Of a stretch of DNA of 64,000 bases, positions 26,601 to 37,953 are shown piece by piece. Position numbers and translations under genes: made by a program. The notes beneath the pieces were generated by a model. The model searched no databases and was not told the origin of the DNA. It saw nothing but the letters and a program-made list of their open reading frames with translations. Numbering within the stretch: position 1 is the stretch's first letter; the number at the start of each line of letters is the position of its first letter. The stretch spans positions 806,001-870,000 of the forward strand of contig NW_026782170.1 in assembly GCF_031769215.1 (NCBI RefSeq), written 5' to 3'. The DNA comes from Ylistrum balloti (taxonomy: Eukaryota).

Positions 26601-29600
26601 GGGGCAGGAAAAACAACAACCTTCAAAACTTTGACTGGGGATGAGATAATGACGTCAGGGGAGGCCTTTCTGAGAGGGTACAGCATAAAGAGTGACATCA
26701 CAAAGGTAAAGGAGAAAATAATAAACATGCCAGTAATATTATATATACTGAAAACTGTCAAACCTGTCTCTAAAGGTCACCCAAGGACAGAGAAAAATAC
26801 CTTTAAAGTCAGATATTCTTTTAAGGTTCCATTGCTATGAGTTGTATTACACTTGGAACTGAATCTGGTGGCCTTAATACACAGGTAAATATTATATACT
26901 GTTGGCCTCTAATGCAGGATTGACTGTACTGTTTAATATTTGTTTACATATTTTTTAAAAAACTTTTATCAGAGTGGACATGAAAACTAAAAAAGTAAAA
27001 ACTATCTCTATGTGGTATGATATGTTAGACAGTTAGACTTACCTTGGGGGACATGATATATCAAATTTACACTAAAACTTACCCCAGAGGACATGATTTT
27101 ATAAACATACAAGTCAACCTATCCCAGAGGACATGATTTTATAAACATACAGGTAAACTTACCCCAGAGAACATAATTTAATAAACATACAGGTAAACTC
27201 ACCCCAGAGGACATAATTTTGTAAACATACAGGTAAACTAACCCAGAGGACATGATTTTATAAACATACAGGTAAACTTACCCTAGAGGACATGATTTTA
27301 TAAACATACAGGTAAACTAACCCAGAGGACATGATTTTATAAACATACAGGTAAACTTACCCCAGAGGACATGATTTTATAAACATACAAGTCAACCTAT
27401 CCCAGAGGACATGATTTTATAAACATACAGGTAAACTTACCCCAGAGGACATAATTTTATAAACATACAGGTAAACTAACCCAGAGGACATAATTTTATA
27501 AACATACAGGTAAACTAACCCCAGAGGACATAATTTAATAAACATACAGGTAAACTCACCCCAGAGGACATGATTTTATAAATATACAGGTAAACTTACC
27601 CCAGAGGACATGATTTTATAAACATACAGGTAAACTCACCCCAGAGGACATAATTTTATAAACATACAGGTAAACTAACCCCAGAGGACATGATTTTATA
27701 AATATACAGGTAAACTTACCCCAGAGGACATGATTTTATCAACATACAGGTAAACTTACCCCAGAGGACATGATTTTATAAACATACAGGTAAACTAACC
27801 CAGAGGACATGATTTTATAAACATACAGGTAAACTTACCCCAGAGGACATTTTAAAAATATACAGGTAAACTTATCCCAGAGGACATGATTTTATAAACA
27901 TACAGATAAACTTACCCCAGAGGACATGATTTTATAAATATACAGGTAAACTAACCAAGAGGACATGATTTTGTCAACATACAGGTAAACTTACCCCAGA
28001 GGACATGATTTTATAAACATACAGGTAAACTAACCCAGAGGACATGTTTTTTATCAACATACAGGTAAACTTACCCCAGAGGACATTTTATAAATATACA
28101 GGTAAACTTATCCCAGAGGACATGATTTTATAAACATACAGATAAACTTACCCCAGAGGACATGATTTTATAAATATACAGGTAAACTTATCCCAGAGGA
28201 CATAATTTTATAAACATACAGGTAAACTAACCAAGAGGACATGATTTTATCAACATACAGGTAAACTTACCCCTTGAGGCATGATTTAATCAAACTTAGT
28301 TCCACATACAGGAAGCCTAAGTAGGTGTGATTTGTTTCCGTAGGTGAGACAAAACCTGGGATACTGTCCACAGTATGATGCTCTGATTGACCAATTGACT
28401 GGTAAGGAGACGCTATATATGTTTGCCCGTTTAAGAGGTGTGCAGGAATCACAGATTTCTGATATTGTCAACAGCCTCCTGGATGTGCTACTTCTCTCAC
28501 CACATGCTGATAAGCTTGTAAAAGCATACAGGCAAGTGATACTCAAAAATTTCTTCCTCATATTTTTCTTCACACAGCATCCAATCACTTTACTGCCATT
28601 TGTCTACACTGTAATTCTGTCGGTATCAAAACCTGCTCAGCAAGAAAAGACAAAAGCTTTCCTTTTTATCAAAGTGCTAATATTAGACCACATTTAGGCA
28701 TTAAATCTTTACACAAATGTATACCCAGAAAGTTTGTTATTATATTGATCATCAGATAATGAAATGTTTTTAACCACAGTGGTGGCAACAAAAGGAAGCT
28801 GAGTACAGCAATAGCACTGGTTGGTAACCCACAAGTGATATTTCTTGATGAGCCTACAACAGGAATGGACCCATTAGCCAGACGTTACCTCTGGGACACA
28901 CTCTCAAGTGTACGGGAATCTGGAAGGACACTTATACTTACATCACACAGGTAAGATATACTCATCAATCTCAAATATTTGTCAACTGACCAAAGGTCAA
29001 GGTCATTTATTGTATCTCTGAAAAGGTAAAGAAATCATTTTTATATCATAAAGCAAAGTTCATCATGATCAATAAGAAGGGAACTGACTTTCGATCAAGG
29101 TCTATGGTGAAAGGTCAAGGTTGAATTTGGTATCTTTTAACTGATAATTATTTTTTCATTACAACATAAAGCAAACTTTAAAGAGATCCAATTGAGGAAT
29201 GCTTAAGATCAGGTAAACATTTTGTTGCAACTTGAAGCATAGATCATAAAATCAGACAGGAAGACCTAAGGTCATCAGGTAATTGGTAAAGGTCAAGGTA
29301 AACTAAGTAATCCAAGGTTAGGATCAGGAAGTCAAATGTCAAAGCCAAATTTCATGTTTTCAAACTGTAATCATGTTCTATGGTTATAGGTTCACAATTT
29401 GCTGGTATGTTAGAATAAAATACTTAGGTATATCATAGGGCAGTAGAATTTTTTAAACAGCTTTCAAATGAATGATTTTAATGTGATCGTGGTAAAAGTT
29501 TATTTTTTGAGGAAAAATAATCTGAATTTTTATTTCCTGTAGTTTAAGTTACCTTATTGAAAAAACAACACTTAGAATGTAAATGACTGTTAATGGCTGA

Positions 29601-30606
29601 GCCACTGAGGGTTATGTTAAAGGAGTTCTTTTGACAGTGAAACAATATTTATGAACACTTTTACTAATATTCTAATATCAAGAATTAAACCTTATACATA
29701 GGTGCAGAAAACTTGTTGTTTATAGAATGGAGGAGTGTATGTTAACCTCTGTTGATGAGGTGATGACCTCTGTTTACAGTATGGAGGAGTGTTTGTTAAC
29801 CTCTGTTGATGAGGTGATGATCTCTGTTTACAGTATGGAGGAGTGTTTGTTAACCTCTGTTGATGAGGTGATGATCTCTGTTTACAGTATGGAGGAGTGT
29901 TTGTTAACCTCTGTTGATGAGGTGATGATCTCTGTTTACAGTATGGAGGAGTGTTTGTTAACCTCTGTTGATGAGGTGATGATCTCTGTTTACAGTATGG
30001 AGGAGTGTTTGTTAACCTCTGTATGGAGGATAACATGAGGTGATGATCTCTGTTTACAGTATGGAGGAGTGTTTGTTAACCTCTGTTGATGAGGTGATGA
30101 TCTCTGTTTACAGTATGGAGGAGTGTTTGTTAACCTCTGTTGATAAGATGTTGATCTCTGTTTACAGTATGGAGGAGTGTGAAGCCTTGTGTACCAGACT
30201 GGCCATCATGGTGAATGGTCAGTTTAAATGTCTTGGCAGTACCCAGCACTTGAAGCACAGGTTTGGTGAGGGTTACACACTCCTGGCAAGGGTAGGGTAT
30301 ACACCAGAGGGAGAACTAGCACCTGTACGCCCACTCATGACCTATATTGAGAAGAACTTCCCTGGTTATGAACTCAAAGACATTCACCAGGGCTCACTAC
30401 ATTACCACATTAATAACCGTGAACTCTCCTGGGCAGACATCTTCGGACTTATGGAGTCAGCAAAGATTCCTTACAACATTGAGGATTATTGTGTCAGTCA
30501 GACAACCTTAGAGCAGGTATTCATAAATTTTGCAAGGTCACAGCTTCCTCCTCAGGAGGAACAGGAAGGTCTATGTCAAAGGATTTGTTGCGGGTCCTGT
30601 TGTTGA
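11668..30606 (+). CDS. ABCA3: ATP-binding cassette subfamily A transporter, ABCA3-like (full transporter, about 1750 aa), 19 coding exons
   Basis: Exons 11668-11968, 12272-12583, 14035-14297, 14699-14933, 15203-15376, 15954-16135, 16658-16795, 17381-17510, 19904-20058, 20895-21050, 21416-21626, 23040-23289, 23399-23523, 24222-25241, 25610-25822, 26116-26705, 28344-28531, 28780-28950, 30168-30606. Sum 5253 nt, phases consistent throughout. ABCA N-terminus [15 protein letters not shown]1: [38 protein letters not shown]2: [38 protein letters not shown]-terminal SQTTLEQVF. Family is certain; exact orthology to ABCA3 is inferred. Confidence 0.93.
12541..13711 (+). repeat. 46-48 bp minisatellite, about 25 copies, unit = last 43 nt of ABCA exon 2 plus the splice donor
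   Basis: Unit GTGGGACCCCGAGAAATTAGTGATAAATGTGGAGGATCACCAG|GTAA; the first copy is the coding exon end. Confidence 0.97.
14420..14730 (+). repeat. About 50-bp degenerate tandem repeat, 6 copies, unit = intron 3 acceptor plus start of ABCA exon 4
   Basis: ATTATTGAACTTGA(C/T)AG|(G/A)AGTCAATGAAGAT; AG-like positions 14444, 14494, 14545, 14594, 14649, true acceptor 14698. Confidence 0.85.
16850..17140 (-). mobile_element. Degenerate tRNA-derived SINE (V-domain-like) in ABCA intron 7
   Basis: Minus strand begins GGGGCCATGGTAGCTCAGCTGGCTAAAGC (tRNA A-box-like) and contains GTGTCCTTGGGCAAGAC, a motif recalled from V-domain SINEs. Confidence 0.5.
17500..17750 (+). repeat. About 30-bp degenerate repeat, about 7 copies, seeded on the ABCA exon 8 donor
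   Basis: True donor TTAACAG|GTGGGTAC; copies TAAACAG GTGTGTAC, GTTACAG GTGTGTAC, TTAACAG GTGTGTAC. Confidence 0.7.
17771..19870 (+). repeat. 29-bp minisatellite, about 70 copies, filling ABCA intron 8
   Basis: Unit ATATATACAGTAATAATGTAGATGTTTCT; ends about 30 nt before the exon 9 acceptor. Confidence 0.97.
20248..20569 (+). repeat. About 310-bp dispersed duplicate of the 3' end of intron 11 and start of exon 12 (22738-23050)
   Basis: Shares an identical core GATATTCAGGGTGCTATACAGTGTAATTAATATACCATCAGAAGATGTCCCTGTCAACAGTAT; ends CACAG|GGGCTTGGTTA versus CGCAG|GGGCTGGGTAC. Confidence 0.9.
21659..22470 (-). mobile_element. Degenerate HINE/Helentron-like non-autonomous element in ABCA intron 11
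   Basis: Begins TTTTAGGTCAACTGAAC..ATCAAG (reverse terminus pattern), shares internal motifs with 4455-5195 in the opposite orientation, ends GGTCTCCTGT. Confidence 0.4.
23736..23830. repeat. 32-bp tandem repeat, 3 copies
   Basis: ATGTAAATGTAAAATGTCAAGGTCAATGGGTC x3. Confidence 0.9.
27037..28295 (+). repeat. 39-40 bp minisatellite, about 31 copies, in ABCA intron 16
   Basis: Unit ACCCCAGAGGACATGATTTTATAAACATACAGGTAAACTT. Confidence 0.97.
29715..30185 (+). repeat. 54-bp minisatellite, 9 acceptor copies, unit = intron 18 acceptor plus start of the last ABCA exon
   Basis: Unit TCTCTGTTTACAG|TATGGAGGAGTGTTTGTTAACCTCTGTTGATGAGGTGATGA; AG at 29725, 29779, 29833, 29887, 29941, 29995, 30059, 30113, 30167. 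Confidence 0.97.
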
Positions 30607-30884
30607 GTACCTCCATGTTAAGTCATTCATCTAACTGGTATACCCTGTTAATAAGTACCTGAACACTGTGTCATGTTTGCCTATGTTTGTTAAGTAGTAG
30701 GTAGTTAAGGCTGTGTATCACACAATATGTTCATGCTAACATATTTACCAGTATACAATGTGGTCAGTTTTGCATATTTTTGTTCTGTCTAATAATGTAC
30801 ACCATTAGGACATTATTAAGATGTTATATCTAATTTGTAAAATAAGCAGGTGATAATGACACCATTGACAATGTAATGTAGCTT

Positions 30885-32015
30885 GTATCTACTCTGTAAT
30901 ATAGTTCATAATTACACTGAAATGTAGCCTTATTCACACTGTAATATAGTTTGTATTGACACTGTAATATAGTCTGTTTTGACACTGTAATATAACCTGT
31001 ATTGACACTGTCATATAGTCTGTTTTGACACTGTTATATAGTCTGTTTTGACACTGTAATATAGTCTGTTTGACACTGTAATATAACCTGTATTGACACT
31101 GTCATATAACCTGTTTTGACAGTGTAATATAACCTGTATTGACACTGTAATATAGTCTGTTTGACACTGTAATATAACCTGTATTGACACTGTCATATAA
31201 CCTGTTTTGACAGTGTAATATAACCTGTATTGACACTGTAATATAGTCTGTTTGACACTGTAATATAGTCTGTATTGACACTGTAATATAGTCTGTTTTG
31301 ACAGTGTAATATAACCTGTATTGACACTGTAATATAGTCTGTTTGACACTGTAATATAACCTGTATTGACACTGTCATATAACCTGTTTTGACAGTGTAA
31401 TATAACCTGTATTGACACTGTAATATAGTCTGTTTTGACACTGTAATATAGTCTGTTTTGACACTGTAATATAACCTCTATTGACACTGTCATATAGTCT
31501 GTTTTGACACTGTAATATAGTCTGTATTGACACTGTCATATAGTCTGTTTTGACAGTGTAATATAACCTCTATTGACACTGTCATATCGTCTGTTTTGAC
31601 ACTGTAATATAGCCTGTATTGACACTGTCATATAGTCTGTTTTGACAGTGTAATATGACCTGTATTGACACTGAAATATAGTCTGTTTTGACACTGTAAT
31701 ATAGTCTGTATTGACACTGTCATATAACCTGTTTTGACACTGTAATATAACCTGTATTGACACTGTCATATAATCTGTTTCAACACTATAATATAACGTG
31801 TATTGACACTGTAATATAGCCTGTATTGACAGTGTAATATAACCTGTATTGACACTGTAATATAACCTGTATTGACACTATAATATAACCTGTTTTGACA
31901 CTGTAATATAACCTGTTTTGACACTGTAATATAACCTGTATTGACACTGTAATATAACCTGTTTTGACACTGTAATATAACCTGTTTTGACACTGTAATA
32001 TAACCTGTATTGACA
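30885..32015. repeat. 22-23 bp minisatellite downstream of the ABCA stop
   Basis: Unit GACACTGTAATATA(GT/AC)CTGT(A/T)TT, about 48 copies. Confidence 0.95.
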
Positions 32016-32569
32016 CATTAATCCAAGTCTGCATTAACACTGTAATAATTCAAAATAATGATAATAACAATTAAATTTAATTGAAGATTTTGCTATGAGG
32101 GCCAGATCTGATAAGGTATAGGGCACATTAGGTTTATCATCCCTGGACCTGTAGAACAGAATAAACTTTGGTTTTTTGGCACCTTGTGTTGGATCAAGAA
32201 AAATTGTATATCTAAACAACTGTTTTTGTTGCATTTGTATCAAATACACCTTCGTGTAAACAAAGCTGAATAGGGTTTTATTAATGATGTCGGGATATGC
32301 ACAAACAAATCTTCAGAGACACTTTTCTAGTTAATTTCTTTCTAAAGTATTTTGGCAATAATAACTTGTAGAATATGTTCTTCTTTGTAAAGAAAAAGGT
32401 GACTGGAATTCTCTTCTACACTGTTCCCTGGAGTTTGGTAGATCCAAAAACAAGCATGATCAAATGGCTACTTCAGTCATCTTGTCTTTTTCAAAATGTC
32501 ACACCTTTACAAACCAAATTTATATAACTGTTGCTAAAATGTGGATGACTCCTCCTGTTTGTGAGTTAG

Positions 32570-33272
32570 TATGTGCTCGCTGTAAAGGTACTTTCACAGT
32601 GTGAGTATATGCTCGCTGTAAAGGTACTTTCGCAATGTGAGTGTGTGCTCGCTGTAAAGGTACTTTCACAATGTGAGCATGTGCTCGCTGTAAAGGTACT
32701 TTCACAATGTGAGCATGTGCTCGCTGTAAAGGTACTTTCACAATGTGAGCATGTGCTCGCTGTAAAGGTACTTTCACAATGTGAGCATGTGCTCGCTGTA
32801 AAGGTACTTTCACAATGTGAGCATGTGCTCGCTGTAAAGGTACTTTCACAGTGTGAGTATGTGCTCGCTGTAAAGGTACTTCTGCAGTGTGAGTATGTGC
32901 TTGCTGTAAAGGTACTTCTGCAGTGTGAGTATGTGCTCGCTGTAAAGGTACTATGCAGTGTGAGTATGTGCTCACTGTAAAGGTACTATGCAGTGTGAGT
33001 ATGTGCTCGCTGTAAAGGTAATTATGTAGTGTTAATATGTGTCGCTGTAAAGGTACTTTCACGGTGTGAGTATGTGCTTGCTGTGAAGGTAATTATGCAG
33101 TGTGAGTATGTGCTCGCTGTAAAGGTACTTATGCTGTGTGAGTGTGTGCTTGCTGTGAAGGTAATTATGCAGTGTGAGTATGTGCTCCCTGTAAAGGTAA
33201 TTATGCAGTGTGAGTATGTGCTTGCTGTGAAGGTAATTATGCTGTGTGAGTGTGAGCTCACTGTAAAGGTAC
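32570..33272. repeat. 36-bp minisatellite, about 19 copies
   Basis: Unit TGTGAGTATGTGCTCGCTGTAAAGGTACTTTCACAG. Confidence 0.95.
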
Positions 33273-33739
33273 TTAGCCGGTCACCCACTGTTTATTAGAC
33301 TGTAGAGAGACAGAATTAGCAAAGTGAGATACCCTCTTTACCAATGTTGTATATAGATACCCTGTTTATGTTTATGTAACAATTTGATCATGTGGTCAGA
33401 GATGTCCCGGTAGCTTTTCTGCTGGGTGTTTTAACTGAAGTAGTTGGTGCATAATTTCATGATGATATGTCATTCATCAAAATCTGCTCCAGTTTTGCCA
33501 AAATGACATACACTATGACATTTCAGTAAATATCATTTTATCCTTATAATTCTTCTGTTTACACTATGATTTTTTTAATGTCTAGCACTTATCTAAGACG
33601 TTTTATAAATCAATGATGGTAAATTCATCAGTGCTCTTCATAATTGATATTGTACTCTTCAAAATCTTGTAGGAAATAAAGAATTCAATAAATAGCCCAT
33701 GTTACAGTGTAATATACCCGGTACTTGTAGTAGTCTATA

Positions 33740-35045
33740 TTGATTGACACTGTAATATAGTCACTTTGTGTACTTCTTTGACATATTGACACTACAATGT
33801 AGTCTCTTTGTGTACTTCTTTGACATATTGACACTGTAATATAGTCACTTTGTGTACTTCTTTGACATATTGACACTGTGATATAGTCTCTATGTATACT
33901 TCTTTGACAAAATGACACTGTTATATAGTCTCTTTGTGGACTTCTTTGACATATTGACACTGTAACATAGTCACTTTGTGTACTTCTTTGACATATTGAC
34001 ACTGTAATATAGTCACTTTGTGTACTTCTTTGACATATTGACACTACAATATAGTCTCTTTGTGTACTTCTTTGACATATTGACACTGTTATAAAGTCTC
34101 TTTGTGAACTTCTTTGACATATTGACACTGTAATATAGTCACTTTGTGTACTTCTTTGACATATTGACACTGTAATATAGTCTCTTTGTGGACTATTTGA
34201 CATATTGACACTGTAATATAGTCACTTTGTGTACTTCTTTGACATATTGACACTGTAATATAGTCTCTTTGTGGACTATTTGACATATTGACACTGTAAT
34301 ATAGTCACTTTGTGTACTTCTTTGACATATTGACACTGTTATATAGTCTCTATGTATACTTCTTTGACATATTGACACTGTAATATAGTCACTTTGTGTA
34401 CTTCTTTGACATATTGACACTGTAATATAGTCACTTTGTGGACTATTTGACATATTGACACTGTAATATAGTCACTTTGTGTACTTCTTTGACATATTGA
34501 CACTGTAATATAGTCACTTTGTGTACTTCTTTGACATATTGACACTGTAATATAGTCTCTTTGTGTACTTCTTTGACATATTGACACTACAATATAGTCA
34601 CTTTGTGTACTTCTTTGACATATTAACACTACAATATAGTCACTTTGTGTACTTCTTTGACATATTGACACTACAATATAGTCTCTTTGTGGACTTCTTT
34701 GACATATTGACACTGTAATATAGTCTCTTTGTCTACTTCTTTGACATATTGACACTGTAATATAGTCTCTTTGTGTACTTCTTTGACATATTGACACTGT
34801 GATATAGTCACTTTGTGTACTTCTTTGACATACTGACACTGTTATATAGTCACTTTGTGTACTTCTTTGACATATTGACACTGTTATAAAGTCTCTTTGT
34901 GAACTTCTTTGACATATTGACACTGTAATATAGTCTCTTTGTGGACTTCTTTGACATATTGACACTACAATATAGTCTCTTTGTCTACTTCTTTGACATA
35001 TTGACACTACAATATAGTCTCTTTGTGTACTTCTTTGACATATTA
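33740..35045. repeat. 42-bp minisatellite, about 31 copies
   Basis: Unit GACACTGTAATATAGTCACTTTGTGTACTTCTTTGACATATT. Confidence 0.96.
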
Positions 35046-37953
35046 AATCCATTTTAAGTCTGGCTTATCTTTCACCATTCCATTCCATTTGATGAGATGT
35101 TATTGTTTATATTTTTATATTTATGTTTTAAATATACTATTTAGGGTATCTGATTTTAAATGTTTAGTGGTAGTGTGTAGTTTTAATATGTGATTTTTAC
35201 AATTAGAAGATTTTGAGAATGACAATAATCTTTATGTGCAATGTCAGAATAATTGTAAGGACATACTTTTTTAAAACAAGTTGTTATAACAGTGAAGTGA
35301 AATGATGAAGTAACATCAATATTATAGTTAATAAACAGTTACCTTTTTTGACACTGTTTTGACACCTTCCTGTGCAAATGTATTTCTAACACTGAAAACA
35401 AATCAGTAATATCAGTATCATTTCAATTAAATGGAGAAAATTGTAAACATCAAGTACCCTGAACAGCCTTTGTTGAACTTTAACCTCAGGTTTTGGTGCT
35501 GTTTATGACCCAGTGGGGTTGATATAAACAATTAGCTATACAGAATTATAGTACATTGTAGTAATATGCTTATAATATCCAGGAAATAGACTTTTTGTGG
35601 TGTTTTAATTTTGCATTGAATACTGTGTAGAAAAAATGTTCTCACTACTGTATGTGGTTTTCTTACATCATTATGTGGCAACACAAGAAACATTTATTCT
35701 TGTTACATATCAGTAAAGTCTTACAGACAGTACCTACACAATACAAGTATTTGATAGATGTTTGTAAAAGATTTTGTTTGTTTCTATGGTGTCATATACT
35801 CATATACACATTTCTACGTATGAAGAAATTGAATTTATTGTCTCCGGACACATAGATGTATTACATTTACATATACCACTGGTATGTATTTTACAAGATT
35901 CTACAAGTGATCAGAAGTCAGAGTTAAAAATTATAATCTACAGACTGAAGGCATTTTTCAATGTCTAATCACTGGTGATTTCATTACTAGATGAAATAAT
36001 TTGTAGACATGATGTATTGTCAATGTCCTGTGGTTTTAAATGTAATATATTTTACAGGGATATTGTGTGATGAAAACTCTGTGATATATGATGACTGTGT
36101 TGAAAGAAAGTTAGATGTTATATGTTGAAGTTTTTATTGTTTAATCTTCATGACAGGAACAAATAAAATATTTCAAAATAAAATGATATTTACAAGTTTT
36201 CCATTGTCTCTCAAAAATCATACCAAAACTCGAAAATTCATAACCTACAACACTTACATTTCCTAGCGTGGGCACAGAGGTCTGTAACATACAGGTAATC
36301 ACCTTGTCTATAAAAACACACTGACAAGAACGTATATATGATGGATGTTTTGCTCTGTTACTGCTCATTTATACATACCCTAAAATGGAGACCAAGGATA
36401 CTACAAACTCATTTACCAGCAGCTGCTTACTTAGATACCAAGTAGGACAGTTTTTCCATTTATGGAGATTGAAATCCTGGATTCCTCTTCCTAAAGTGTG
36501 TATGTTTCAACAGAGTATGGCATACCAACGGAACACTACAGGTCGAAAATGGTGACTTTCCCTTAGAAATGCTGAAATTCTTGATCCCTTCTCCTATTGT
36601 GTGTAAGTCACAGTTGGTTTATGTAATACATGGATGGTCTGTTTGTGTACTTCTGTGATGTTTCTTTTGCCATTTCATTTCATGAGGCTTTTTTCAAATA
36701 TATATTCTTTTGTTTTATATAAACTGTTCTGGGTCTCTGGTTTTTAATTAAGCATATTTTATGAGTTGTAGTGTTTAATTCTGGTATGAATTTTTGGAAT
36801 ACGATAGATGTTGAGAATTACAATAATGTTAATGGTAATCATTTACATATCTTATAACCACTGTGCAGCTTTTAACATTTTCTTATGCAAGTGTATTTCT
36901 AACACTGAAAACAATCAGAAATATCAGTGCCATTTCAATAAAACACAAAAAGTTGTTAACATCAAGTACCCAAAACAGTTTATATTGAATTTAAAGGAAA
37001 AGAAGATTAAAATAGATGCCCATGGCAGCCATCTTCCATAAATGTTGGATATCTCCAAATTAAATTTGAGACTACATGCAGACCATAAACATTAAAGACA
37101 GTTTCGATCGATTCGATTCGAGTGTCAAATGTGGTTGCCATCACCACAATCTTTATGTGATATGGGGCTATTTGTGTCTCATGCTCAACTTCTAGATGAA
37201 AGTTCTATCTCAGATTTTATGTTCAGAAGTAGTGATTACAATCTTTCCAATATGACCACCACGACAATCTGATTTGTCCAACACAAATATAGTAAAAATG
37301 AACTGATGTGTACAGACAATTGTGGGAAAGCGTTTCTTAGCCTCACTAGCCCATATTAGAGCCATATCAGAATTTTACTTGATACAAACTGATATTTGTT
37401 ATTGAAATTTTAAGCCTAGCTCTAAAAGGCCAAGAGTGGAATGACTGCCCGAGTCATCAGTGTCTGTAAAGCTCTAATGCTTAGGTAAACCAGTAAAACG
37501 GCCCCAGTACCACCAGACTTGAGACTAAATATACCACACCAGATATACTATAATTAACACTATGTAGTTAATAAATACAGTGATTATAATGTGATTCTTC
37601 GTGATCTGTTATCAAGATTAGAATCACCTGACCGAAACTTATACACATATATAATTAACACACATGAAGACAAACCTAACCCCTGTTAAACAATGTTCCT
37701 CCATCGTGACAAACCACATACATATTGCACCGGACCTTTGACGGTCGCTGCCTTTGTGATCGGTCTGTTTAATTTGACTCTGATATACTTATCACTTCGA
37801 TCTAATATGTTGGCCAATTCTCAGTGGCTATGACTGTTTAGACAATACCCGATCATACTATGTTCATAACTACACGGCAAACAGACAAAATGAACCGACC
37901 AAGGAGGTGACATATTGGATTACAGTTTCAAAACTGATATATTCTACCCCAGC

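Noticed and set aside
29692-35052. Long ORFs in the track at 29692-30036, 31011-32040, 32520-33298 and 33685-35052
   Set aside because: They are translations of minisatellite units, periodic and open in several frames, with no domain content.
37915-37953. TTG start of the 586-aa ORF
   Set aside because: Eukaryotic gene; this stretch looks like an intron end (acceptor at 37951-37952), so the ATG at 37954 is preferred.
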